Source: an uncultured Chloroflexia bacterium (GTDB lineage: Bacteria > Chloroflexota > Anaerolineae > CG2-30-64-16). Taken from it: a stretch of DNA of 64,000 nt. Of the stretch, positions 1 to 11,688 are shown piece by piece. The stretch's first letter is position 1. Every line of letters begins with the position of its first letter. A program made the translations under genes and the position numbers. The notes under the pieces are model-generated. The model had not been told where the DNA came from, did no database searches, and was given only the letters and a program-made list of their open reading frames with translations. Where the stretch lies: contig CAVZDU010000001.1 in assembly GCA_963774265.1 (NCBI GenBank), positions 768,001-832,000 of the forward strand, in the 5' to 3' direction.

Positions 1-344
1 CTACTGCACGGTCCGCTGCCCCCAAGACGTCCACATCACCGACATCATGTATACGCTCAAACGCATGGCCGTCGCAAGGCCAGTTGTATGACCACCCGGC
101 CGCGCCCGATTTCTCCAAGGTGTTCATCAACTGGGTTGAGAACTACGGCCGCGCCTTCGAGCTGGGGTTGATGTCGCAGCACATGTTGCGGCACAACCCG
201 CTGGGCGTGTTCAAGATCGCAGACATGGGCCTCGGCATGGTCAGTAAGGGGCGCATGGCGTTCACACCCAAGCGCATCCGGGGCATCCAGGGCCTGAAGG
301 CGATCATCGCCAAGGCCAAAGAGCTGGAGGTGGTGCATGAGTAG
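1..344 (+). CDS. hdrC: Heterodisulfide reductase subunit C, 5' end outside window, one frameshift near 80
   Basis: Frame from base 2 reads YCTVRCPQDVHITDIMYTLKRMA (end of 4Fe-4S motif), continues into ORF 84..344; directly upstream of hdrB. Confidence 0.85.
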   Translation, partial: TARSAAPKTSTSPTSCIRSNAWPSQGQLYDHPAAPDFSKVFINWVENYGRAFELGLMSQHMLRHNPLGVFKIADMGLGMVSKGRMAFTPKRIRGIQGLKAIIAKAKELEVVHE

Positions 345-1354
345 CTTCGCTACAGCTACTTCCCAGGCTGCTCGCTGGAGCGCAATGCCGAGGCCTACCA
401 GCGTTCGACGCTGGCCATTGCCGGGCCGCTGGGCATCGAGTTCGCCGAGATCGATGACTGGAACTGCTGTGGGGCGACGGAGTACATCTCGCTGAACATG
501 CTGGCCTCTTACGCGCTGATTGCCCGCAACCTGGCGCTGACGGCCCGGCGCATGCCGGACAGCGGGCAGCACGAACTGGTTGCCCCGTGCAGCGCCTGCT
601 ACCTCAACCTGAGCAAGTGCGACAAGTACATGCGCAGCGACGCGGACCTGGCCGAGAAGGTGAACCAGGCGCTGGCGGCGGGCGGCCTGCAGCTACACGC
701 CCGGCTCCGTCAAGGTGCGCCATCTGCTGGATGTCATCGTGAACGATGTCGGCTGCCGTAACCGTCAAGGCCGCAGGTCACGCGGCCGCTGTCGGGGTTG
801 CGCGTGGCGCCCTACTACGGCTGCCTGATCTCTCGCCCCGGCCTGCGCACCGACGCGCATGATCCCGAATACCCCACGTCCCTGGACGAACTGCTGAGCT
901 GCCTGGGCGCCGACGTGGTCGACTTTCCACTGAAGACTCACTGCTGCGGCGGGCACATGACGCAGATCTCCGAGGGCGACCGGCTTCGAGCTGATCCGCC
1001 GGCTGGTGAAGGGTGCGGCCGACTATCACGCCGACGTGATCGTCACCGTCTGTCCCATGTGCCAGCTCAACCTGGACGCTTTCCAGGGAGCTATGAATCG
1101 CTACTTCAAGAGCAGCTACCACATGCCGGTGCTCTACTTCACCCAGATGATGGGCCTGGCCTTCGGCCAGGACGCCGCAGCGCTGGGCATCGGCGCCGAG
1201 CTCGTGGATGCGCGGCCGGCGCTGGCCAAGATCGGCGTCGAGCTGCCGCCGCCGGTGACCGAGGGTGCGCCCAAGCGCAAACGGGACGACAAGTCGCTGC
1301 CGATGCCGAAGATGTCCAAGCGCGAACCCGCGGGGCGAGGAGGCGGCGCCATGA
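337..1354 (+). CDS. hdrB: Heterodisulfide reductase subunit B (two CCG domains), several frameshifts
   Basis: Pieces [47 protein letters not shown] in successive frames; ATG overlaps the 3' end of hdrC. Confidence 0.9.
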
Positions 1355-3353
1355 AAGACCAGGCACGGATCGGCGTCTACGTCTGCCACTGCGGCAGCAA
1401 CATCGCCGGCATGGTGGATGTGGAAGATGTGGCCACGTGGGCCGGCGCAGCTCTGCCCAACGTGGTGGTCGCCCGCGACTACAAGTTCATGTGCTCCAGC
1501 CTGGGCCAGGAGTTGATCGAGAAGGACATCAAGGAGCAGGGGCTGAACCGTGTGGTGGTGGCGGCCTGCTCGCCGCATCTGCACGAGGCGACCTTCCGCA
1601 ACGCGTGCCAGCGCGCCGGTCTGAATCCCTACCTGTTCGACATGGTCTCGATCCGCGAGCAGGTTTCCTGGGTCACCACCGACCGGGCGATCGCCACCGA
1701 GAAGGCCAAGGCGCTGATCTCCGGCGGGGTGCACCGCGTGGTCGCACAATGAGCCGCTGGAGCCGATCCTGGTGGACATCAACCCGAACGTGCTGGTGGT
1801 GGGCGGCGGCATCGCCGGCATCCAGGCCGCGCTGGAGATCGCCGACAGCGGCAGCCACGTCTACCTGGTGGAGCGCGAGCCGTCGATCGGCGGGCACATG
1901 GCCCAGTTCGACAAGACCTTCCCCACCCTGGACTGCTCGGCCTGCATCCTGACCCCCAAGATGTTCACCGCGGGCAACCACAAGAACATCACCCTGCTGA
2001 CCTAGAGCGAGGTTGAGAAGGTCGACGGCTTCATCGGCAACTTCACGGTCACGATCCGCCAGCGGGCCCGCAAGGTCAAGACCGAGCTGTGCACCGGCTG
2101 CGGCGTCTGCGAGGAGAAGTGCCCGAAGAAGGTGGTCGACGACGTCTTCGAGGCCGGGCTGGGCTATCGCAAGGCGATCTACCGGCCGTTCCCGCAGGCC
2201 GTGCCCAAGTACCCGGTGATCGACGTCGAGAACTGCACCTACTTCCAGCGCGGCACCTGCAAGGCCTGCGAGAAGTTCTGCCCGACCGGCGCGATCGACT
2301 TCAAGCACAGCAGGACGAGATCACTCACCGTCCAGGTGGGCAACATCATCCTGGCCACCGGCTTCGACCTGTTCGACTGCCGGCGCATCCCGCAGTACGG
2401 CTACGGCCGGCTGGCCAACGTCTTCACCAGCCTGGAGTTCGAGCGCCTGTCCAACGCGGCCGGGCCGACCGGCGGCAAGGTGGTGCTGCGCGATGGCGTC
2501 ACCGTGCCGCAGCAGCGTGGCGATCGTCCACTGCGTGGGCAGCCGCGACCGCAACTACAACAACTACTGCTCGGCCATCTGCTGCATGCAGTCGCTGAAG
2601 TTCGCCCACCTGGTCAAGGAGCGCACCGGCGCGCGCGTCTACAACTTCTACATCGACATCCGCACCCCGGCCAAGGCGTACGACGAGTTCTACCAGCACA
2701 TCCTCGAGGAGGGGATCATCTTCGTCCGCGGCAAGGTGGCCGAGGTCACCGATGCCGCCCGGCTGCCCGGCGAAGAGGGCAAGCTGATCATCCAGGTCGA
2801 GGACACCCTGGTCGGCAAGCAGCGCCGCATCCCGGTGGACATGGTGATCCTCTCGGCCGGGCTGGAGCCGCGCGCCGACGCCAAGGAGATCGCGCAAGAA
2901 GTTCGGCATCTCGTGCAGCATGGACGGCTGGTTCATCGAGCGCCATCCCAAGCTCGACCCCGTGGCGACCATGACCGACGGCATCTTCATCGCCGGCGTC
3001 GTGCCAGGGGCCGAAGGACATCCCGGCCTCGGTGTCGCAAGGGCGCCGCGGCGGCCGCGCGCGTGCTGGGCCTCATCAGCCAGCGGCAGATCAGCCTGGA
3101 ACCGGTGCGCGCCAGCGTGGACGCCGACAAGTGCTCCGGCTGCCGCATCTGCAACACCATGTGCCCGTTCAACGCCATCACCTTCCTCGAGGACCGCCAG
3201 GTGACCGAGATCAACCCGGCGCTGTGCCAGGGCTGCGGCACCTGCGTGTCGGCCTGCCCGGCCGGCGCCATCACCGGCACGCACTTCAGCAACGAGCAGA
3301 TCATGGCGCAGATCGAGGGCGTGATGTTGATGCTCAGCGAGCATGCCGCGTAG
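1351..3353 (+). CDS. hdrA: Heterodisulfide reductase subunit A (FAD, Fe-S), frameshifts plus one in-frame TAG at 2003
   Basis: [60 protein letters not shown]-terminal [24 protein letters not shown]; GGAGG RBS before ATG 1351. Confidence 0.95.
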
Positions 3354-3403
3354 CCAGTGCGCGGCCGAGCTTGCTGCCTGCGTAGGAGGGGAGAGGACAC
3401 ACT

Positions 3404-3833
3404 ATGCCTGGCAATGGCATTCGAACCCGTCATCGTCGGTTTCACCTGCAACTGGTGCTCCTACCGCGCGGCCGACACGGCCGGGATGGCCCGCATCAAG
3501 TACGCGCCCAACGTGCGCCTGATCCGCCTGATGTGCTCCGGCCGGCTGGACCCGCAGTTCGTGCTCAAGGCGCTGGCCGAGGGCGCCGACGGCGTGCTGA
3601 TCAGCGGCTGCCATCCGGGCGACTGCCACTACATCGAGCAGAACTACAAGACCATGCGCCGCTTCGAGCTGCTGAAGAAGACGCTGGCCAGCCTGGGCAT
3701 CGAGGACGGCCGCGTCAAGCTGGTGTGGGCCTCGGCCGCCGAAGGCGCTATCCTGGCCGAGGAGATCGACAAGATGGTCGCGGAGGTCAAGGCGCTGGGA
3801 CCGCTGAATTGGAAGCGCGAGCCTGGCTTCTGA
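3404..3833 (+). CDS. mvhD: Hydrogenase iron-sulfur subunit MvhD (2Fe-2S)
   Basis: FTCNWCSY, LMCSGRLDP, GCHPGDCHY; RBS before ATG 3404 implies a frameshift in the first codons. Confidence 0.93.
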
Positions 3834-3848
3834 CGACCGGAGGCACCG

Positions 3849-4863
3849 ATGGCGCAAGAAACGGCAGACAGCCAACGCAAACCCAAGTTCGCCATGTACT
3901 GGGCCGCGTCGTGCGGCGGCTGCGAGATCGCCGTGCTGAACATCCACGAGGGGATCCTGGACGTGGACGCCAACTTCGACGTGGTCTTCTGGCCGGTGGC
4001 GATGGACGCCAAGTACAAGGACGTCGAGGCGATGGAGGACGGCAGCATCACCCTCTGCCTGTTCAACGGCGCCATCCGCAACGAGCGAGAACGAGGAGAT
4101 GGCCCACCTGCTGCGCCGCAAGTCCAAGATCCTGGTGGCCTTCGGCTCGTGCGCCTGCGAGGGCTGCATCCCCGGCCTGGCCAACCTCTACTCCAAACAG
4201 GCGCTGCTGGACACCGCATTTCAGCACCGTCTCCACCGACAACCCGGACGGTCATCCGTCCGCAGATCGCCTACCAGATGCCGCGAAGGCGAGCTCCACA
4301 TCCCGTTCCTGTACGAGACCGTGACGACCCTCGACCAGGTGGTGCCGGTGGACTACTACATGCCCGGCTGCCCGCCCGAGAGCGGCCAGATCGCAGCCGT
4401 CATCGGGCTGGTGATCAAGGCGCTGAAGGGCGAGGCCGCAGCTGCCGCCCGCCGGGCTCGGTGCATCGGCGCGGGGAACAGCACCGTGTGCGACGAATGC
4501 CCGCGCAAGCGCGAGGAGAAGACCATCAGCGAGTTCCGGCGCATGGCGACCTTCCAGCCCAACCCGACCGACTGCCTGCTGGAGCAGGGCATCCTCTGCT
4601 GCGGGGCTGGCGACGCGCAGCGGCTGTCAGGCGCGCTGCCCAAGCGCCAACATGCCCTGCATCGGCTGCTACGGCCCCGCGCCGGACGTGGTCGACCAGG
4701 GCGCGCGCATGATGAGCGCGGTCGCCTCGGTGATCGACAGCAACGACCCCAAGGAGATCGCGCAAGATCCTGGACGGCATCGCGGATCCGGCCGGCACGT
4801 TCTACCGGTTCAGCTTGCCGGCGTCGCTGCTGCAGCAGCACGTAGCCGCCGGAATCGCGATGA
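3849..4863 (+). CDS. mvhG: Group 3c [NiFe]-hydrogenase small subunit, frameshifted, 3' end approximate
   Basis: WAASCGGCE, AFGSCACEGCIPGL, MPGCPP, VCDECP, CLLEQGILC, PCIGCYGP. Confidence 0.9.
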
Positions 4864-4926
4864 CACGATGCTGCGAACTTGCCGAGACCTTCCTCTGAAT
4901 TCGTGAGTGTGAGGGAGGAGTGTACG

Positions 4927-6403
4927 ATGCAGCGCATCACCATCGATCCGATCACCCGCCTGGAAGGCCACGGCAAGATCGAGATCTTCCTGGACGAGCG
5001 AGGGCAACGTCGCCAACACCTACTTCCAGATCCCGGAGCTGCGCGGCTTCGAGCAGTTTGCGTCGGCCGGCCGGTCGAGGAGATGGCGGTCATCACCAAC
5101 CGCATCTGCGGCGTGTGCCCCGAGGCGCACCACATGGCCGCGGCCAAGGCCGCCGACGCCGTCTACCACGTCGACCCGCCGCGGCCGGCCAAGATGCTGC
5201 GCGAGCTGCTCTACAGCGCCTTCTACTGCACCGACCACACCACCCACTTCTACGCGCTGGGCGGGCCGGACTTCGTCATGGGGCCGGACGCGCCGGTGGC
5301 CGAGCGCAACATCCTGGGCGTGATCCACAAGGTGGGGCTGGAGATCGGCGGCAAGGTCATCCAGATGCGCAAGTACGGCCACACCGTCATCGAGATGATC
5401 GGCGGGCGCAAGGTGCATCCCTGCACCTCCATCCCCGGCGGCATGAGCCACGGCATCACCGAAGAGCAGCGCGCCGAGATCGAGAGGATGGGCCGCTGGG
5501 CGATCGAGTTCGCCCAGTTCAGCCTGAAGCTGTTCAACGACATCGTGCTGGGCAACGAGCGCCTACCGCGACCTGATCCTGGGCGACACCTACTACCACC
5601 GCACCTACTCCATCGGCCTGGTGGACGAGACCAACAAGGTCAACTTCTACGACGGCAAGGTCAGCGTGGTCGACCCGGACGGCAAGCGCATCGGCAAGTA
5701 CGCGCCGGCCGAGTACACCGACTGGATCGCCGAGCACGTCGAGCCGTGGACCTACCTGAAGTTCCCCTACCTGAAGAAGGTCGGCTGGAAGGGCTTTGTG
5801 GACGGCACGGACTCCGGCGTCTACATGGCGACGCCGCTGTCGCGGCTGAACGCCGTCCGACGGCATGGCGACCCCGCTGGCCCAGGCGGAGTACGAGAAG
5901 TTCTACGCGGCGCTGGGCGGCAAGCCGGTGCACCACCGCCTGGCCATCCACTGGGCGCGGCTGATCGAGCTGCTCTACGCGGCCGAGCGCTGGGTGGAGC
6001 TGGCGACCGATCCCGGAGATCACCTCGGACAACTTCCGCACCGTGCCGACCGCGACGCCGACCGAAGGGGTCGGCATCGTCGAGGCGCCGCGCGGCACCC
6101 TGACCCATCACTACTGGACCGACGAGCGCGGGCATCGTCACCAAGGCCAACCTGATCGTCGGCACGACCAACAACTATGCGCCGATCTCCATGTCGATCA
6201 GCAAGGCGGCCCGGATCGTTCATCAAGCAGGGCACGGTGGTCACCGAAGGGCTGCTGAACCGGGTCGAGATGGCCTTCCGCGCCTACGATCCCTGCTTCG
6301 GCTGCGCCACCCACAGCCCTGCCCGGCCAGATGCCGCTGGAGGTCACGGTGCGGGACGCGGCGAGGCCAGGTCGTGACGGTGTTGCGGCAGTATGTGGAT
6401 TGA
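4927..6403 (+). CDS. mvhA: Group 3c [NiFe]-hydrogenase large subunit, frameshifted
   Basis: [11 protein letters not shown]1 motif [18 protein letters not shown]2 motif [11 protein letters not shown] with C-terminal extension. Confidence 0.95.
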
Positions 6404-6968
6404 CGGCGGCCCTGCTCCGATCCCCCGTCGGACCCTGGTCGTCGGCCTGGGCAACCCGATCCTGGGCGATGATGGGGTGGGGTGGCGGGTGGTGGAGGAA
6501 GCCGCGGCAGCTTGCAGAGACGCGGTTCCCGGGCGGATCCGGTCTCTGCGATCCATGTGTCTCTGTGGTGAAAAGTGGTCTCGAGTTCGACTGCGTTTCC
6601 CTGGGCGGCCTGGCGCTGATGGAACGGCTGGTGGGCTACGATCGGGCCATCCTCGTGGATGCGATCCAGACTCCGGGCGGCGTGCCTGGGACGATCTACC
6701 GGCTGACCTGGACGATCTGCCCACCCTCCACGCCGATTCGGCCCACGATGCGTCGCTCACGGCCGCGCTGGCGTTGGGGCGGCGGTTGGGGGCGCACTTG
6801 CCTGCGTCGCAGGAGATCACCATCGTAGCGGTGGAGGCCGAGAACGTGCTGGATTTCGGTGAAGACCTCTCGCCCTCTGTGGCTGCCAGCGTGGGGCGAG
6901 CAGCGGAGCTGGTCCTGGCAGAATTTGGTCGCCGGCAGGCGCCAGGCCCTGCAATTGCCCATCCATGA
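6393..6968 (+). CDS. Hydrogenase maturation endopeptidase, frameshifted, with an internal repeat-like insert
   Basis: VVGLGNPILGDDGVG, YDRAILVDAI, SAHD, FGEDLSPSV. Confidence 0.88.
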   Translation: MWIDGGPAPIPRRTLVVGLGNPILGDDGVGWRVVEEAAAACRDAVPGRIRSLRSMCLCGEKWSRVRLRFPGRPGADGTAGGLRSGHPRGCDPDSGRRAWDDLPADLDDLPTLHADSAHDASLTAALALGRRLGAHLPASQEITIVAVEAENVLDFGEDLSPSVAASVGRAAELVLAEFGRRQAPGPAIAHP

Positions 6969-6978
6969 GGAGGACGCC

Positions 6979-7434
6979 ATGGTCTCACCCGAGCTGCTGC
7001 GCCGTTATCCTTTTTTTGGCGGGTTGACCGACGAGGAGTTGGCCGGCATCGCCATGATTGCCGAAGAGGTGGGATTCCCGGACCGCGCCATTGTTTTTCG
7101 GGAAGGGGAAGTTGCCACGAAGATCTATGTGTTGAGTGCGGGCATGGTGGAGCTGATCTTTGAAATTCACCGGCCGACCGGCACAGACACTTCCTATGTC
7201 GGGGCCATCGCCCAGGGCGAGCCATTCGGCCTGTCGGCCTTCTTGGAGAACCATGAATTGACCGCGACCACAGGCGCGACGGGTCCGATCAGGGCCATCG
7301 CCATCGACGCCCCCGGACTGCGCGCCATGTCGGAGGTGGACTGCCACCTGGGCTACACCCTCATGCGCCAGATCGCCCGCGCGCTGGCCGAGCGGCTCAA
7401 CTTCGCCCGCGTGCAGTTGGCGGCCTGCGCGTAG
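6979..7434 (+). CDS. Stand-alone cyclic-nucleotide-binding domain protein (no HTH)
   Basis: FFGGLTDEEL, IVFREGE, GEPFGLSA; GAGGAGG RBS; 151 aa. Confidence 0.85.
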   Translation: MVSPELLRRYPFFGGLTDEELAGIAMIAEEVGFPDRAIVFREGEVATKIYVLSAGMVELIFEIHRPTGTDTSYVGAIAQGEPFGLSAFLENHELTATTGATGPIRAIAIDAPGLRAMSEVDCHLGYTLMRQIARALAERLNFARVQLAACA

Positions 7435-7495
7435 GCGGGGTAGGGACGGGGTGGCATCGCGGTCCCCGCACGGCGCGCCCCCCGTCCTACCCGCC
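7434..7495. repeat. GTAG-type inverted repeat hairpin after the hydrogenase operon
   Basis: ggcggggtagggacgggg ... ccccgtcctacccgcc, near-perfect inverted repeat. Confidence 0.6.
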
Positions 7496-7620
7496 AACGT
7501 CCTTGAGCGTGTGCTGGCTGAACTCAGGCATTTGTCGAGGAACAGCACACCCCGGTGCGCCATGCTGACACCTGCCCCACAGTAGGTGCGGGTCTCTCCT
7601 GGCCGTAACCACTGCGCACC
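7487..7620 (-). pseudogene. Internal fragment of ComM/YifB Mg-chelatase-like ATPase
   Basis: Reads RPGE-[insert][11 protein letters not shown] then, after a frameshift, MPEFSQHTL, matching ComM [21 protein letters not shown]. Confidence 0.75.
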
Positions 7621-7718
7621 AGGGGTATACTTGAATCGTGGCCGCCGATTCAAGAAGCAGACCCCGATCATCAAGCAGATCTTCAGCGCGAACGACAAGG
7701 CTTGAAGTTGAAGGTTGC

Positions 7719-10219
7719 ATGAAGGAAACCGCAGACCGGCAGCCTGTCCCTGGCAACTTGCAGCGCCTGCGCGTCGAGATCCACGGCGCGGTGCAGGGCG
7801 TCGGCTTCCGGCCGTTCGTCTACCGCCTGGCGACCGAGCTGGCGCTGACCGGCTGGGTCATCAACGACACGCAGGGCGTTTTCATCGAGGTCGAAGGGCC
7901 CGACGACGACCCTGCAGCGCTTCCTCGAACGCCTGCCCGCCGAGGCTCCGCCGCGCGCCATCGTCCAGTACGCTCGAGCAGCGCCTGGCTGGAGCCGGTC
8001 GGCTATCGAGCGCTTCGAGATCCGCCACAGCGACAACACCGGCGCCAAGACCGTGCTCGTCCTGCCCGACATCGCCACCTGCCCCGATTGCCTGGCCGAG
8101 GTGCTCGATCCGGCCGACCGCCGCTACCGCTACCCCTTCACCAACTGCACCAACTGCGGCCCGCGCTTCAGCATCATCGAGGCGCTGCCCTACGACCGGC
8201 CCAACACGACCATGCGCCGGTTCACCATGTGCCCGGCCTGCCAGCGCCGAGTACGAGAACCCGCTCGACCGGCGCTTCCATGCGCAGCCGAACGCCTGCC
8301 CGGTCTGCGGGCCGCGGCTGGCGCTGTACGGACGATGGACGACGCGACGACGTGGACGACGGATCGCAGCAGGCGCTGGCGATCGACGCTGCCGCTCGTG
8401 CAGGCGCGCGGCCGAGCGCGCTGCGCTGCGCGGGCCGGATCGTCGCGGTCAAAGGGCTGGGCGGGTTCCACCTGATGGCCGACGCGGGCAACGACGCGGC
8501 GATCGGCCGGCTGCGCGAGCGCAAGCCGCGCCGCGACAAGCCGTTCGCCATCATGGCGCCGCGATCTGGCCCAGGTGCAGGCGCTCTGCTGAGTCCCGCC
8601 CGCAGCCGAGGCGCTGCTGACCTCGCCGAAGCGCCGATCGTGCTGCTGGAGCGTCGGCAGAGGCGGACCAATCGGGTCAGCTGATCAGCGGCGCAGGACA
8701 GGCGGCATCGATCGTCCGTCGTCCAGCCGAGGTCGCGCCCGGCAACCCGAATCTGGGCGTCATGCTGCCCTACACGCCGCTGCACCACCTGCTGCTGCGC
8801 GAGATGGGCTTCCCGGTCGTCGCCACCAGCGGCAACCTGACCGACGAGCCGATCTGCACCGACGAGCGTCGAGGCCTTGCAGCGGCTCGGCCACATCGCC
8901 GACGTCTTCCTGGTGCACGACCGGCCCATCGCCCGCCACGTCGATGACAGCGTGGCGTGGATCGTGCGCTGGCGTGCCGCGCCTGCTGCGCCGGGCGCGC
9001 GGCTATGCGCCGCTGCCGGTCGCTGCTGAAGGACGACGTCCCGCCCATCCTGGCCGTCGGCGCGCACCTGAAGAACACGGTCGCGCTGAGCGTCGGCCGG
9101 CAGGTCTTCATCAGCCAGCACATCGGCGACCTGGAGACGCCGGAGGCGATGGCCGCCTTCGAGCGCGTCATCGCCGATTTCCTGCGCCTGTACGAGGCGC
9201 AGCCGGTCGCCATCGCCCACGATCTGCACCCGGACTATCTCTCGACGCAGTGGGCGAGGAGATTGGGACGATCGGACGAGTGACAAGGACGATTCGCCGT
9301 CCGCCATCCACGTCGCTCGCATCTCGTCGCCGTGCAGCACCACCATGCGCACCTGGCGGCCTGCCTGGCCGAGAACGCGGTCGACGGCCCGGCGCTGGGC
9401 GTGACCTGGGATGGCACGGGCTACGGCACCGACGGGACGATCTGGGGCGGCGAGTTCCTGCTGGGCGACGCGTCCGGCTTCGAGCGCGTGGCGCACCTGC
9501 GGCCGTTCCGCCTGCCGGGCGGCGACGCGGCCGTGCACGAGCCGCGGCGCGTGGCGCTGGCGCTGCTGTGGGAGATGTACGGCGAGGCGGCGCTGGAGAG
9601 GGACGACCTGGCGCCGGTCCGCGCCTTCTGCGCCCGACCGAGCGCAAGCTGCTGGCGCAGATGCTCGCCACGGGCGTCAACGCGCCGGTCACGACCAGCG
9701 CCGGACGGCTGTTCGACGGCGTCGCGGCGCTGCTCGGGCTGCACCAGCAGGTCAGCTTCGAGGGCCAGGCGGCGATGGCGCTGGAGTTCGCGGCGGACCG
9801 GCGCGAGCACGGGGCGTATCCGATTGGCCTCGCTGCCGGACTGCGTAGGCTGCCGGACGACGGTGCAGACCGGGACGACCGCTCGAGCGTCAGCCTGCCG
9901 CCTGCGTTCTCGACTGGCAGCCGCTGCTCGAGGCCGTGCTGGCCGACTTGCGGCGCGGCGTCGCCGACGGGTATCATGGCCGCGCGATTCCACAACGCGC
10001 TGGTGGAGGCGATCGTGGCGGTGGCGCAGGCCGTCGGCGAGCAGCGGGTGGCGCTGACCGGCGGCTGCTTCCAGAATCGCCTGCTGACCGAGCGCGCCGC
10101 CGAGCGGCTGGAGCGCGCCGGCTTCGAGGTGCTTGCTGCACCGCCAGGTGCCGCCGAACGATGGCGGCATCAGCCTGGGGCAGGTGGCGGTGGCGGCGGC
10201 ACGGCTGAGCGAGACGTGA
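7719..10219 (+). CDS. hypF: Carbamoyltransferase HypF, many frameshifts
   Basis: [84 protein letters not shown]. Confidence 0.95.
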
Positions 10220-10285
10220 GCAGAATGCAGTAGTCGGGTCACTGATCGGCAGTCTGCACTACTGCATCTGAGACGGAGGCTGATC

Positions 10286-10538
10286 ATGTGTCTGGGTGTT
10301 CCGGGAAAAGTGCTGAGCATTGAGCCGAATTCGCGTGGGCATGACGATGGGCAAGGTCAGCTTCGGCGGCATGGCCAAGGAAGTGTGCCTGGCCTACGTG
10401 CCCGAAGCTGAGGTCGGCGACTACGTCATCGTCCACGCCGGCTTCGCGCTCAACAAGCTGGACGAGGAAGAGGCGAAGGAGGTGTTCGAGCTGCTGAGGC
10501 AGATGGGCGAGGTTGAGGAGTTACAGGTTGACGGCTGA
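10286..10538 (+). CDS. hypC: Hydrogenase chaperone HypC, one frameshift
   Basis: MCLGVPGKV start, VGDYVIVHAGFAL. Confidence 0.93.
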
Positions 10539-10594
10539 AGTCGAAGGTGAAGCGCCTTTGACTCGAACCCTCGACCTTGAATCAGGGAGTTCCT

Positions 10595-11688
10595 ATGCGC
10601 TTCATTGACGAGTATCGGAACGAAGCGGACGCCCAGAAGCTCCTCCACGCCATCGAGCGCTCGGTGACGCGCGCCTGGGTCGATCATGGAGATCTGCGGC
10701 GGGCAGACGCACACGCTGATCAAGTCCGGCATCGACCGGATGCTGCCGCCGCAGGTGACGCTGGTCCACGGGCCGGGCTGCCCGGTCTGCGTCACGCCGC
10801 TGGAGCTGATCGACCAGGCCATCGCCATCGCGCGCCGGCCCGAGGTGATCTTCACCTCGTTCGGCGACATGCTGCGCGTGCCCGGCTCCGGCGTCGACCT
10901 GCTGAGCGTGAAGGCGCAGGGCGGCGACGTGCGCATGGTCTACTCGCCGCTCGATGCCGTCAAGCTGGCGCAGAAGCACCCCGACCGCCAGGTGGTCTTC
11001 TTCGCCGTCGGCTTCGAGACGACCGCGCCCGGCAACGCGATGGCCGTGTGGCAGGCGCAGCAGCTGGGGCTGACCAACTTCTCGATCCTCTGCTCGCACG
11101 TGCTGGTGCCGCCGGCGATGGAGGCGATCCTCGGCGCGCCCGACAACCAGGTGCAGGGCTTCCTGGCCGCCGGCCATGTCTGCACGGTGATGGGCTACTG
11201 GGAGTACGAGCCGATCGCCGCGCGCTACCGCGTGCCGATCGTCGTCACCGGTTTCGAGCCGCTGGACCTGCTGCAGGGCATCTACATGACGGTCAAGGCG
11301 CTGGAGGAAGGCCGCTGGGGCGTGGAGAACCAGTACACCCGCGCCGTGACGCGCGAGGGCAACCTGCCCGCGCAGAAGCTCCTCGCGCAGGTCTTCGAGG
11401 TCGTGCGACCGGCAGTGGCGCGGCATCGGCACTGATCCCAGCGAGCGGCTACCGCCTGCGGCCCGAGTTCGCCGCCTTCGACGCCGAGCAGCGCTTCGGC
11501 GTGGCGGGCGTCACAGCCGAGGAATCGCCGCTCTGCATCGCCGGGCAGATCCTGCAGGGGCTGAAGAAGCCGCACGAGTGCACCGCCTTCGGCACGCAGT
11601 GCACGCCCGAGCACCCGCTGGGCGCGCCGATGGTGTCGCAGCGAAGGCGCCTGCGCCGCCTACTATCAGCTACGGACGGGCCGCATGA
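10595..11688 (+). CDS. hypD: Hydrogenase formation protein HypD, frameshifted
   Basis: [44 protein letters not shown]. Confidence 0.95.

Noticed and set aside
1006-1752. Apparent HdrB-HdrA fusion ORF
   Set aside because: A GGAGG RBS and ATGA at 1351 indicate a normal stop/start overlap; one indel in this error-rich region explains the read-through
1351-6403. Selenocysteine in HdrA, MvhD or MvhA
   Set aside because: Relevant positions are Cys codons; the TGA at 1750-1752 results from a frameshift
8590-8592. In-frame TGA in hypF as recoding
   Set aside because: Non-catalytic position in a garbled segment; most likely a sequencing error
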